64,000 bases of DNA from Ruminococcus sp. (GCA_045604645.1 JAZUOM010000001.1:8426-72425); one strand, 5' to 3'. Shown: positions 18,733 through 29,455, counted from the stretch's first letter. Notes: generated by a model not told the origin, from the sequence alone. A program made the numbers and translations.

Positions 18733-21000
18733 ATGAAGCAACTTAAAATTAAAATATCACGCATTGTTGCTGTTTTATTGTTAGCAACGCTAATGATAAG
18801 CATATCATGCATCTCTGCCTTTGCTACACAGCCACCTACATTTGATGACAGCACAGTACAAACAAACTCACTGTTACTTATAGACACATCAAATGGCGAA
18901 GTTTTATACAGCAAAAACAGCGATAAAGTTGTGCCTATGGCATCTACAGTCAAGATTCTGACATGTATACTCGCTATAGAAAACATTGAAAACCCCGAAA
19001 CTACGATGATCGAGATCACTGAAAGTCCAATTAATGACATTTTAAATCAAGGTGCTTCGACAGCAGGTTTTGAAGACCACATCGGCGAAAGTTTCAGCGC
19101 ACTTGATATTATATATGGTCTGATGCTTCCGTCGGGTTGCGATGCTGCTCAAATTCTGGCATACTATATCGGCACAACTCCTGAAAATTTTGCTGATATG
19201 ATGAACGAAAAAGCAAGTCAGCTTGGCTGCGAAAACAGCTATTTTGTTGAGTCACACGGATTATCTGACGAAAACTATACTACTGCTGAAGATATGATAA
19301 AAATCACATCTTATGCTCTTTCACTCCCATATTTCAGAGAAATAGTATCTTCAGAGTATTATACAGTAGATGGTTACTCGTATCCTTATATCAACACAAA
19401 CTATCTTATAGACAGAGAAAATGGCTCTAAGTATTACTATCAATACGCAACAGGTATCAAAACAGGATATACAGACGCATCAGGCAGATGTCTTGTTTCA
19501 ACTGCTCAAAAAGGTGAAAAAGAATATATGTGTATCGCTCTTGGCGGAAGTTACTCATCCACTGACGGATACATAAACCACGCAATGACTGATTCAATTG
19601 CTTTATATAAGTGGGCATTCGAAAATTTTACTGATAACATTGAAGTCAGGATCAGTAATTCATATGCAAGCGTAGAAATAGGAAAACAAATAGCAATAGA
19701 TGCTGATGTTTCAGAAGACACAACACTTAAGTGGACTTCATCTGACGAAAGTGTTGCAACTGTTGATGAAAACGGAGTTGTAACCGCCATATCAATGGGA
19801 CAAGCAATAATCAGCGCAATATCACCAAGTGGAAATATGGATACTGTAGCTGTATTGTGTGGCTTTTATAACGGTATAGATGTCACATCAAGATATGGTG
19901 ACTACAGCAGCGGCGATAAAAAGGATATTAACTGGCAAGCGGTAAAAGAAAATGGTTTTGATTTCTCTGTAATTCGTGCAGGTTGGGGCTCTGCAGATTA
20001 TCCAAACCAGAACGACGCTCAGTTTGTAACAAATGTAAAAGGTGCACACGAAAACAATATACCATTCCTTTTAAGTTTTATTGCATACGCACAAAGTGAA
20101 AGTGAAGCAATTGCAGAAGCTGAGTACTTCCTGCGTGAAATGAAAGATTTCTTCCCAAGTGATTGTGAAAATTCGCTTTTGTCAGTTGTGTACAATATGA
20201 CCTATTCCCCATATTCAAGCAATGACTCTGCACTTAACACCGATATAGCAATCGCTTTTGCTGATAAACTCAGAGAACACGGCTACAACACAATAATATT
20301 TGCAAACAAATCCGTATTCAATCAGATTGATACACAAACACTAACAGAAAATTCAATAGGTACATATTACAGTTACTATCCGTATAGTGCTGATTTTTCA
20401 CAAAATATCGCAATGCCAAACGGGTTTGTGCCTTTGATGTGGCAATACAGAAGTGACGGATATTTTCCACACGCTAGTGAAGACTGTAATACAAAACAAA
20501 GCATCATTTATATGATGAGCACTTTTAAAAACACAATGTCAAAACCTGTTTTTTCGGCAAAACTCGACAATAATACTGACGTTATGCTAAACTGGTCAAA
20601 CAATGACATACCTGCTTATTCATACTCAATCTACGAACTGTCTGATAGCGATGAAAAAACATTGATAAAAGAACTTGATGGCAACATAAACGAATACACA
20701 GTTGTAAACGCAAAAGCAGGAACACATCGCTATATCGTTGAAAAAACGCTGTGCGATATTATTACACAAGAAAAAACAACGGTAACATCGAACACAGTGA
20801 CTATTGACGCATATAAACTTTTTGATGTCAATCACGACACAAAAGAAGACATCATTGATGCAACGTATATTCAGAAAGTTTTGGCTAATATCTTCACAGC
20901 AGAAGAAAATTTCAAAGTATATGGTGATGTCAACAAAGACGGTGATGCAAACATTATGGACGCAACATATATTCAATATCACCTGGCAAATTTGCTGTAA
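18733..21000 (+). CDS. Secreted multidomain protein: S11 D-Ala-D-Ala peptidase + Big_2 Ig-like + GH25-like + Fn3-like + dockerin
   Basis: Signal peptide; STVK (18943), SGC (19132), KTG (19459); WTSSDESVATVDENGVVTA (Big_2); GIDV..INW..VK..GFDF.VIRAG.G and WQY (GH25); duplicated dockerin loops DVNHDTKEDIIDATYIQ/DVNKDGDANIMDATYIQ. Confidence 0.85.
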   Translation: MKQLKIKISRIVAVLLLATLMISISCISAFATQPPTFDDSTVQTNSLLLIDTSNGEVLYSKNSDKVVPMASTVKILTCILAIENIENPETTMIEITESPINDILNQGASTAGFEDHIGESFSALDIIYGLMLPSGCDAAQILAYYIGTTPENFADMMNEKASQLGCENSYFVESHGLSDENYTTAEDMIKITSYALSLPYFREIVSSEYYTVDGYSYPYINTNYLIDRENGSKYYYQYATGIKTGYTDASGRCLVSTAQKGEKEYMCIALGGSYSSTDGYINHAMTDSIALYKWAFENFTDNIEVRISNSYASVEIGKQIAIDADVSEDTTLKWTSSDESVATVDENGVVTAISMGQAIISAISPSGNMDTVAVLCGFYNGIDVTSRYGDYSSGDKKDINWQAVKENGFDFSVIRAGWGSADYPNQNDAQFVTNVKGAHENNIPFLLSFIAYAQSESEAIAEAEYFLREMKDFFPSDCENSLLSVVYNMTYSPYSSNDSALNTDIAIAFADKLREHGYNTIIFANKSVFNQIDTQTLTENSIGTYYSYYPYSADFSQNIAMPNGFVPLMWQYRSDGYFPHASEDCNTKQSIIYMMSTFKNTMSKPVFSAKLDNNTDVMLNWSNNDIPAYSYSIYELSDSDEKTLIKELDGNINEYTVVNAKAGTHRYIVEKTLCDIITQEKTTVTSNTVTIDAYKLFDVNHDTKEDIIDATYIQKVLANIFTAEENFKVYGDVNKDGDANIMDATYIQYHLANLL

Positions 21001-21010
21001 AAACTAACAC

Positions 21011-21047
21011 AAAAACACCGTGCAAAACCTGCACGGTGTTTTTTATT
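21011..21047. terminator. Bidirectional intrinsic terminator
   Basis: aaaaacaccgtgca-aaacc-tgcacggtgttttt between convergent genes. Confidence 0.88.
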
Positions 21048-21074
21048 TGAAATTTATATTTCTAATGTAGAATA

Positions 21075-22706
<1,632 letters not shown>

Positions 22707-22717
22707 TTACCTCCTAG

Positions 22718-23002
22718 TTATTCTACAATAGCTAAAATATCTGACTGACGTACAATAGTGTATTCTTCGCCGTCAATCTTAACCTCTGTGCCGGCATATT
22801 TTGAAGCGATAACCTTGTCGCCTACTTTTACGTACATCTTGACTTCGTTGCCATCAACAACACCGCCAGGACCTACAGCAACAACATTTGCATACTGTGG
22901 CTTTTCCTGTGCCTGAGTAGAAAGCACAATACCGCTTGCAGTAGTCTGCTCGGCATTGTCAGGTTTTAATACAACTCTGTCGATAAGTGGTTTAATAGTC
23001 AT
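22718..23002 (-). CDS. groES: Co-chaperonin GroES
   Basis: IKPL.DRV, TASGIVL, AVGPG, KYAGTEVK, DILAIV. Confidence 0.99.
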   Translation of the reverse strand: MTIKPLIDRVVLKPDNAEQTTASGIVLSTQAQEKPQYANVVAVGPGGVVDGNEVKMYVKVGDKVIASKYAGTEVKIDGEEYTIVRQSDILAIVE

Positions 23003-23035
23003 TATATATAGCCTCCTTCTGATTAAACAAAGAAA

Positions 23036-23062
23036 TTAGCACTCTGCATTTGTGAGTGCTAA
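23036..23062. promoter_or_regulatory. CIRCE element (HrcA operator)
   Basis: Perfect TTAGCACTC-N9-GAGTGCTAA upstream of groES. Confidence 0.97.
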
Positions 23063-23066
23063 TTAT

Positions 23067-23095
23067 ATTTTATACCAATATCTGTAAAAAATCAA
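23067..23095 (-). promoter_or_regulatory. Sigma-A promoter of groES-groEL
   Basis: TTGATT-N17-TAAAAT immediately upstream of CIRCE. Confidence 0.75.
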
Positions 23096-23152
23096 GTGCA
23101 ATTTGTCACTTAACAATTAATTTACAATTCAGTTTATCAGTATCTATTAAGT

Positions 23153-24223
23153 TTATTCAATAATCGCTGTTGCTTTTACTTCGTCAGAAAGATTAACCCC
23201 TAGTTTCAGAAGTGATTTCTGATTGATGTGCAGATAGCAATCATACACATAAGCAACAGGAATTGTACCAGGGTCGATATCGTTGTTTAAGATATTTAGC
23301 GCCATATCTGCCGCCGCACAACCTATTGACGGATAGCTGATTTCAGATGTTGAGAAACATCCTTTTTCGAGCATTTGAATGTTACCGCAGATAATCGGAA
23401 TTTTATTCTCATTTGAAAAATCAACAACTACATCAAGGTTTTTGTTAATAAAAGAATCAATCGGTGCGTAGATTACATCTACCCCGTCATCAAGCATAGT
23501 ATCAAGTGCATCTTTGATATCTTCTACACTCTCTACAGGATATTTGACATACGGAATGTTGACTTTTTCTGTTTTAGCCTCTTTTTCGCCAATAAGCGCC
23601 TGTGTTACTGATTCTGTGTCGGTTGCGGTATAGATTGCACCGATTTTTTCACACTCAGGAAACAGCACCTTGACGCTGTCAATCTGCTCAAAACATGGTG
23701 TATAGTCAGAAATACCAGTTATATTACCTTTTGGAGTTTCGTTTGACTCAACAAGCCCCTCTTCCTCAGGCTCTTCTACAGCGCCGAAAACAATCGGAAT
23801 TTCTGTTGTCATAGATGCGGCGAGCTTTGACGCAAACGGACCAATAGTAAATATCAGGTCATAATCAGAATCAATAAAGTTCTGAATAGCCTCTTTGCAC
23901 TTGTCGTTGTCTTCTTCAAGCACATAATCAAGGTTGATGTTATTATTATTGATATAACCATTAGCCGCCAGTTCTGCAATAAATCCCTGATACACATCAT
24001 TACAATCAGAGATATCGCTGTGCTGAATAATACCTATGTTGTAAACTACAGGTGCAACAGTAGGTTCGTCAGGTGTCGCTGCAACAGCAACAGTTTCGTT
24101 TTGAGGTTCCGTTTTTACAGGAATTTTTGATGATTTGTACATAGCATAAAACACACCGCCTAAGATAGCGATGATCAGTACAACATTCACGATAAGTACA
24201 AGATGTTTTTTCATAAAAGCCAT
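23153..24223 (-). CDS. ABC transporter substrate-binding protein (ABC_sub_bind, aromatic amino acid-type), orphan
   Basis: N-terminal TM anchor; IGIIQH, GF...L...GY, IPIVFGAV..P...GLV.S...P.GNITG.SD, IYAP.D motifs. Confidence 0.8.
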   Translation of the reverse strand: MAFMKKHLVLIVNVVLIIAILGGVFYAMYKSSKIPVKTEPQNETVAVAATPDEPTVAPVVYNIGIIQHSDISDCNDVYQGFIAELAANGYINNNNINLDYVLEEDNDKCKEAIQNFIDSDYDLIFTIGPFASKLAASMTTEIPIVFGAVEEPEEEGLVESNETPKGNITGISDYTPCFEQIDSVKVLFPECEKIGAIYTATDTESVTQALIGEKEAKTEKVNIPYVKYPVESVEDIKDALDTMLDDGVDVIYAPIDSFINKNLDVVVDFSNENKIPIICGNIQMLEKGCFSTSEISYPSIGCAAADMALNILNNDIDPGTIPVAYVYDCYLHINQKSLLKLGVNLSDEVKATAIIE

Positions 24224-24371
24224 CCTTTCCCTATTTTATCATTGCTTGAATTTTACAGTAAATACACCCTTTTGTCAAACCAGAACCCAATTTAGAGTAT
24301 AAAACAATTATTATTAATCACTAAAAACAATTATTCAAACAAGCAAACTGTCATTTTTTTGCTCAAAATAC

Positions 24372-24400
24372 TTGCAATGAAAAATGTATTGCTATAAAAT
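24372..24400 (+). promoter_or_regulatory. Sigma-A promoter for paaK-ACT
   Basis: TTGCAA-N17-TAAAAT. Confidence 0.65.
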
Positions 24401-24460
24401 AGTAAGAGTAGTTGGCTGTGAAACGCAAATATTCACACAGCTAAAAGGAGTTGAACATAA

Positions 24461-25768
24461 ATGCAAAATTACTATCAAAAGGACATTGAGACAATGCCGG
24501 TTGAACAAATAAAGGCATTGCAGTCAGAAAGACTTGTAAAACAAGTCAAACATGTTTACGAAAACGTTGAATACTATCGTAATCTTATGGACGAAAAAGG
24601 TGTTAAGCCTGAAGATATTAAAGGTATTGAAGACTTACATAAGCTCCCTTTCCTGACAAAAGACGATTTACGAGAAGCATATCCATACGGTATGCTCGCT
24701 GTACCGCTTAGTGACTGCGTCAGAATCCAGTCAACATCAGGTACTACAGGCAGACGTGTTGTTGCTTTTTATACACAGCACGACATTGACCTCTGGGAGG
24801 ACTGTTGTGCGCGTGCTATCACCGCTGTTGGTGGTACCAAAGACGATGTATGCCAGGTGTGCTACGGATACGGATTATTCACGGGCGGTCCTGGTCTTAA
24901 TGGCGGTTCACACAAGGTTGGCTGTCTGACACTTCCTATGTCATCAGGAAATACTGAAAGACAGATTCAGTTTATGAGAGACTTACACGCTACTATTCTT
25001 TGCTGTACACCATCTTATGCGGCTTACATAGGCGAATCTATCAAAGAAGCAGGTCTTACAACTGACGATATAAATCTCAAATATGGTATTTTTGGTGCAG
25101 AGCCTTGGACAGAAGAAATGCGCAGAGATATCGAAAAATCTCTCGGCATAAAGGCATACGACATCTATGGTCTCACTGAAACAAGCGGTCCTGGTGTTTC
25201 GTTTGAATGTCAGGAACAAACAGGTATGCACATAAACGAAGACCACTTTATCGCTGAAATCATCGACCCTGATACAGGCGAGGTTTTACCTGAGGGTGAA
25301 AAAGGCGAGCTTGTATTCACATCTATCACAAAAGAGGCTTTTCCTCTGCTTCGTTACCGCACAAGAGATATATGCGTGCTCACAAGAGAAAAATGCTCAT
25401 GTGGCAGAACATTCATCAAAATGACAAAGCCTATGGGCAGAAGTGACGATATGATGATTATCCGTGGCGTAAATGTATTTCCATCACAGATTGAAGCTGT
25501 GCTCATAAAAGAGGGCTACTCCCCTAACTACTTCATTGAGGTTGACAGAGTTAACAATACAGACACTCTCGATGTTTACGTAGAGATGAACCCAGAGCAG
25601 TTCTCAGATAAGGTCAAGGAAATCCACAACGCAGAGAAACAATTGTCTTCTGCTATCAGAACAATGATTGGTATCGGTCCTGTTGTTCACCTTGTTGCTC
25701 CAAAAACAATCGCAAGAAGCGAAGGTAAAGCAAAACGTATTGAAGACAAAAGAAAGCTTCATGATTAA
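24461..25768 (+). CDS. paaK: Phenylacetate-CoA ligase family
   Basis: STSGTTG, YGYGLFTGG, CTPSY, GAEPW, DIYGLTE, RYRTRD, GRSDDM.IIRGVNVFPSQIE, EGKAKR. Confidence 0.9.
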   Translation: MQNYYQKDIETMPVEQIKALQSERLVKQVKHVYENVEYYRNLMDEKGVKPEDIKGIEDLHKLPFLTKDDLREAYPYGMLAVPLSDCVRIQSTSGTTGRRVVAFYTQHDIDLWEDCCARAITAVGGTKDDVCQVCYGYGLFTGGPGLNGGSHKVGCLTLPMSSGNTERQIQFMRDLHATILCCTPSYAAYIGESIKEAGLTTDDINLKYGIFGAEPWTEEMRRDIEKSLGIKAYDIYGLTETSGPGVSFECQEQTGMHINEDHFIAEIIDPDTGEVLPEGEKGELVFTSITKEAFPLLRYRTRDICVLTREKCSCGRTFIKMTKPMGRSDDMMIIRGVNVFPSQIEAVLIKEGYSPNYFIEVDRVNNTDTLDVYVEMNPEQFSDKVKEIHNAEKQLSSAIRTMIGIGPVVHLVAPKTIARSEGKAKRIEDKRKLHD

Positions 25769-25802
25769 TTCTTAACATTCGAATAATACAGGAGGAATTA
25801 CT

Positions 25803-26234
25803 ATGGCAATAAAACAATTATCTGTTTTTGTACCAAATAAAGCTGGCGAGCTTGTTAAAATCACTGATGCGCTGGATAAGGCAAACATCGACATCCGCGC
25901 AATGTCTATCGCTGATACTCAGGATTTTGGTATTTTGAGACTTATTGTATCAGATATAAGCAAAGCAAAAGCAACTCTCGAAGAAAGCGAGTGTTTTGCA
26001 TCAATCACTGATGTTGTTGCTGTTGAAATCAGCGACGAGCCGGGTGCACTTGGCAAGGTGCTGAAGATTCTTACTAAAAACGATATCAGCATTGAATACA
26101 TGTACGCATTCATTGCAGTATCTAAAAAAGGTGCTTATGTAGTCTTAAGAGTTGAAGACAACGACAAAGCAGAAAAGATACTGTGTGAAAACGGAATCAA
26201 AATCAAGTCACACGAAGAAATTGAAAATCTCTGA
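25803..26234 (+). CDS. ACT-domain (amino acid-binding) protein, typical paaK partner
   Basis: KQLSVF..NK.G.L, IRA.SIADT.DFGILRLIV, D.PG.L, IEYMYAF. Confidence 0.9.
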   Translation: MAIKQLSVFVPNKAGELVKITDALDKANIDIRAMSIADTQDFGILRLIVSDISKAKATLEESECFASITDVVAVEISDEPGALGKVLKILTKNDISIEYMYAFIAVSKKGAYVVLRVEDNDKAEKILCENGIKIKSHEEIENL

Positions 26235-26319
26235 TAAAACACACGGTCTGTGTAGTTTTTATGCAGAAAACGGCGGTATGCTCATCGGTTTTGAAAAAAT
26301 TTGATAATACATAAAAGTT

Positions 26320-26350
26320 AAAGCACCTTTACTTAAAAAGGTGCTTTTTC
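26320..26350. terminator. Bidirectional terminator
   Basis: aaagcaccttt-acttaa-aaaggtgcttt. Confidence 0.75.
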
Positions 26351-26968
26351 TTATTTATTCAACACATTCGTGCAATATGCATCGATATCAAAGCTATCGA
26401 GTACGCTGTCTTTTTTCAGATATAGCGGATGATGCGGGTGCCCTTTTGCCGAAATCCTGCCCGCAGTAAACCACCTTGCGTTGTACCTCTTTCCTATTTC
26501 AGCCATAGTGAGAACACATTCAGACAAATAATCGCGTTTCTCAATGATATTTCCCCACGCTGCCCAGATTGATGGAGTATCAACTGACAGTTTTAACACA
26601 TATTCAAACGCTTTCATATTTTCTGCATGTAAAAAAAAGTTGAAATTAGTCTCCATATCGTCCGGATTAGTTGCACGCTGGGCATACACATTGAACATTA
26701 TGAAGCTGTCGTATCCATTGTTAATAGCAATTCGCTGTACTGACTTGAGTGTGTTATCAAGGTCGTCTGGTGCAGCGGTAGATGGATTGATACCAATACA
26801 AATAAGCGGTCTGTTGCCTTTTGTGCCAAGTATATATCTGTACTCGCTGTAAAAATCAGGAACATAAAGCCATTTGTTTGTGTCATAGTCAGATGGATGA
26901 TTTATAGCAAGTGCGTCTTCAAATGACAAAACAGAGATATCAAGAGTATCAGCTGATGGGATATGCAT
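26351..26968 (-). CDS. DUF1643 domain protein
   Basis: YRYIL, IGINPSTA....DNT, NVYAQRATNP, AAWG, HPHHPLY; start 26968 with GGAGG RBS. Confidence 0.85.
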   Translation of the reverse strand: MHIPSADTLDISVLSFEDALAINHPSDYDTNKWLYVPDFYSEYRYILGTKGNRPLICIGINPSTAAPDDLDNTLKSVQRIAINNGYDSFIMFNVYAQRATNPDDMETNFNFFLHAENMKAFEYVLKLSVDTPSIWAAWGNIIEKRDYLSECVLTMAEIGKRYNARWFTAGRISAKGHPHHPLYLKKDSVLDSFDIDAYCTNVLNK

Positions 26969-27026
26969 AGTGTCCTCCAAAATTAGTTTCGACTTATTAT
27001 AACATATCTGTATATAAATGTACACA

Positions 27027-27056
27027 CAAAAAGGCGGACGCAGTAGCGTCCGCCCA
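27027..27056 (-). terminator. Intrinsic terminator of the amylase gene
   Basis: Minus strand ggcggacgc-tact-gcgtccgcc-ttttt. Confidence 0.85.
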
Positions 27057-27077
27057 AACTGTTTAAGTAAAAGTTGA

Positions 27078-29393
27078 TTACTCGGTAATCTGTACAATAG
27101 TACCTATGTTACCTTTTTCAATCAAACCAGCAAGAACTTTCTGGATTGTTGTAGCATCGATAACATCAACTGTGCCGTCTTCGTTAGCATCAGCAGCTAA
27201 CAAAGCGAGATCCTCAAGTGTAAGGATGTTAGCGATATGTTTCTGGATGATTGTTGCATCAAGAACGTTAACATCGCCGTCACCGTTAGCATCACCAACA
27301 GTGTACTCTGCACCACCGATTGGATCGTCAGGATCTTCTGGGATCGGTGTTGGAATAAATGTTGGCTGCCAGTAACCTACGTTCCAGTTACCAGATGTTG
27401 TCTGTGTTGACAAGTATACACCTGAACTGTTTGGAACAGTAAGGTCAATAGTCTGGTTAGAGCCACCGCCCTGTCCGTTGTTGATAATGTACATATTGTA
27501 CTGAGCAGGAACATAAGCAACAAACTGCTTCTCGCCATAACCATTATCATCAGTAACCTTCTTCATCTGTTCACCAGGCCATGAGAGGTATGGAGTCTCT
27601 GTAGCGCCATCCTTCTGCCAGCAGTAGAGATATGCAGTATCCCAAGTCTTTGAAGAAAGAACAAGTGTTGTGTAGCCAGGGAATTCTGGATATGTGCCTG
27701 ACTGCCAATCTACAGGATAATCCTTAGGATTGAAAGGTTTCTTTGGAATTTCAGGTTTTGTATCTTCAGCATAGTAGATACAAGCAATACCTGTTGAGCC
27801 AATCTGACCCTTGAGGTTGTAACCGCTTTCAGCATCACCTGTAACTTCAAATTCGTTACCTGTGAGAGCGTCGATATATGTACCAACAGCAAGACGATTA
27901 GATGGCATATTAACAGTCTTTGTTGTACCGCCAAGGTTAACAAGTGTAGCACCTACGCCACCACGCTCAATAAGAGTAACCTTGTCATATACTGAGTTGT
28001 ACTCAAAAGCATCGCCAAAGTAGTTGTCAAACTGGTTAACAGCAGCAACTTCAGGAGATGTCCAAGATGTGAGGTTAGCATCACCAAGTGTGATATTAGC
28101 ACAGATAGCTTCGATAGCTGCACGGTTAGCACCTGTTCTGTCGTCCGGACGAGCGAAGTATACGCCTGTGATAGTCTGTCTAGCAGCTGTGAGAGCCCAG
28201 ATCTTGTTTCTCTGCGCAACTGTGAGAGCTGATGTACCACCATCAATGTATGTATCGTGAGATTCGTTCCACTGAATTACATTTTCCATTGTAAAGTTAA
28301 CTGTAGTAGGGTCGCAACCTTCAGCCTCTGACTGATAGTAAGGAATTGGGTTACCGTTGTTACCATTGTTTACAACAGCGTCCTTGATACCCCAGTATGA
28401 TGATGAGTCAGTAACATCCATAAGCTCTGTGTACTCTGAGAATGCACGACCGTCACCGCACTTGTTTAAGATTTCGCCGTAAGCAAAGCACTCAACACCA
28501 GGATAGTTTTCACGCAGTTTAAGGAGTGTATCCTGCCAGAAGTCAGATGGGAAGTATGTATCGTGAAGTGTTTCAATGTGCTTAGCAGCGTCAAAACGGA
28601 AACCATCAGCACCAGCTTCAACAAGCTCTACAAAGTACTCATAGATAGTATCCTGAACGAGCTGTGTTTCTGTAGCAAGGTCAGGAAGACCTGATGTACA
28701 GTGCTGAGTAAGGTCTTCTTCGATGTCATAGTCTGACCAACCGTCCCAGTAGTTCTCTTTGTATGTCATATCAACCCATGGTGAGTGGAAAGCCTTAGCT
28801 TCTAAAAGTTCAGGCTCAAACTCAGCAGCACGTGGGTTTACGTGATCCATAGGATCAAGAGAATCATTTGTGTACTTGCCGATATGGTCGTCGTCTGTAC
28901 CCATATGGTTGATAACCGCGTCAACGATAACCTTAAGGCCTAATTCATGAGCCTTGTCACACATTTCGACAAACTCAGACTTTGTACCGAGAGCGTTGTC
29001 AGTAGACTCGTTGAGCTGGAAGCCTGCTGGCTGATAGAACATCCACCAACCGTTTGGAGCAATGCCATCAACTGCAGGTTCGCAAACCTTTACGCCCTTT
29101 GTAGGCATCTTGAGCTCGTTTGGAGGAGATACCTGAATTGTAGTAAATCCCTGTTTTGCAAGCAACTCAAGGTTTTCGATAGTGTTAGCGTAAGACCAGT
29201 TCCAAGCCTGGATAATCTTACCGTCATTAACTGAGTCTTCAAGACCGTAGCCATTTTCCGGTTTGATTGCTTCAAGCATTTTTTCATACTCGTTGTAGTT
29301 TGTAGCAGCAGTTGTAGGAACTGAAGCAACAACAATGCAAGAAACGAGCATCATTAATGCAAGAATCAAACTTATAAGTTTCTTTGTTTTCAT
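27078..29393 (-). CDS. Secreted GH13 alpha-amylase + CBM26-like starch-binding module + dockerin
   Basis: Signal peptide; QAWNWS, IQVSP, WWMFYQP, DAVINH, GFRFDAAKH, YGEIL, ESHD; YLYCW..WPG..M (CBM26); GDANGDGDVNVLDAT.IQ/DANEDGTVDVIDAT.IQ dockerin. Confidence 0.92.
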   Translation of the reverse strand: MKTKKLISLILALMMLVSCIVVASVPTTAATNYNEYEKMLEAIKPENGYGLEDSVNDGKIIQAWNWSYANTIENLELLAKQGFTTIQVSPPNELKMPTKGVKVCEPAVDGIAPNGWWMFYQPAGFQLNESTDNALGTKSEFVEMCDKAHELGLKVIVDAVINHMGTDDDHIGKYTNDSLDPMDHVNPRAAEFEPELLEAKAFHSPWVDMTYKENYWDGWSDYDIEEDLTQHCTSGLPDLATETQLVQDTIYEYFVELVEAGADGFRFDAAKHIETLHDTYFPSDFWQDTLLKLRENYPGVECFAYGEILNKCGDGRAFSEYTELMDVTDSSSYWGIKDAVVNNGNNGNPIPYYQSEAEGCDPTTVNFTMENVIQWNESHDTYIDGGTSALTVAQRNKIWALTAARQTITGVYFARPDDRTGANRAAIEAICANITLGDANLTSWTSPEVAAVNQFDNYFGDAFEYNSVYDKVTLIERGGVGATLVNLGGTTKTVNMPSNRLAVGTYIDALTGNEFEVTGDAESGYNLKGQIGSTGIACIYYAEDTKPEIPKKPFNPKDYPVDWQSGTYPEFPGYTTLVLSSKTWDTAYLYCWQKDGATETPYLSWPGEQMKKVTDDNGYGEKQFVAYVPAQYNMYIINNGQGGGSNQTIDLTVPNSSGVYLSTQTTSGNWNVGYWQPTFIPTPIPEDPDDPIGGAEYTVGDANGDGDVNVLDATIIQKHIANILTLEDLALLAADANEDGTVDVIDATTIQKVLAGLIEKGNIGTIVQITE

Positions 29394-29455
29394 GTTAGCC
29401 TCCTAAAGAATTTTTGATTTAGAAGAAAGCATAGTAACTTATTTTCTTCATTGTT

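Noticed and set aside
24417-24437. TGTGAA-N9-TTCACA upstream of paaK as a Rex operator
   Set aside because: Rex sites have a 4-nt spacer (TTGTGAA-N4-TTCACAA); spacing does not fit, so treated only as part of a leader hairpin
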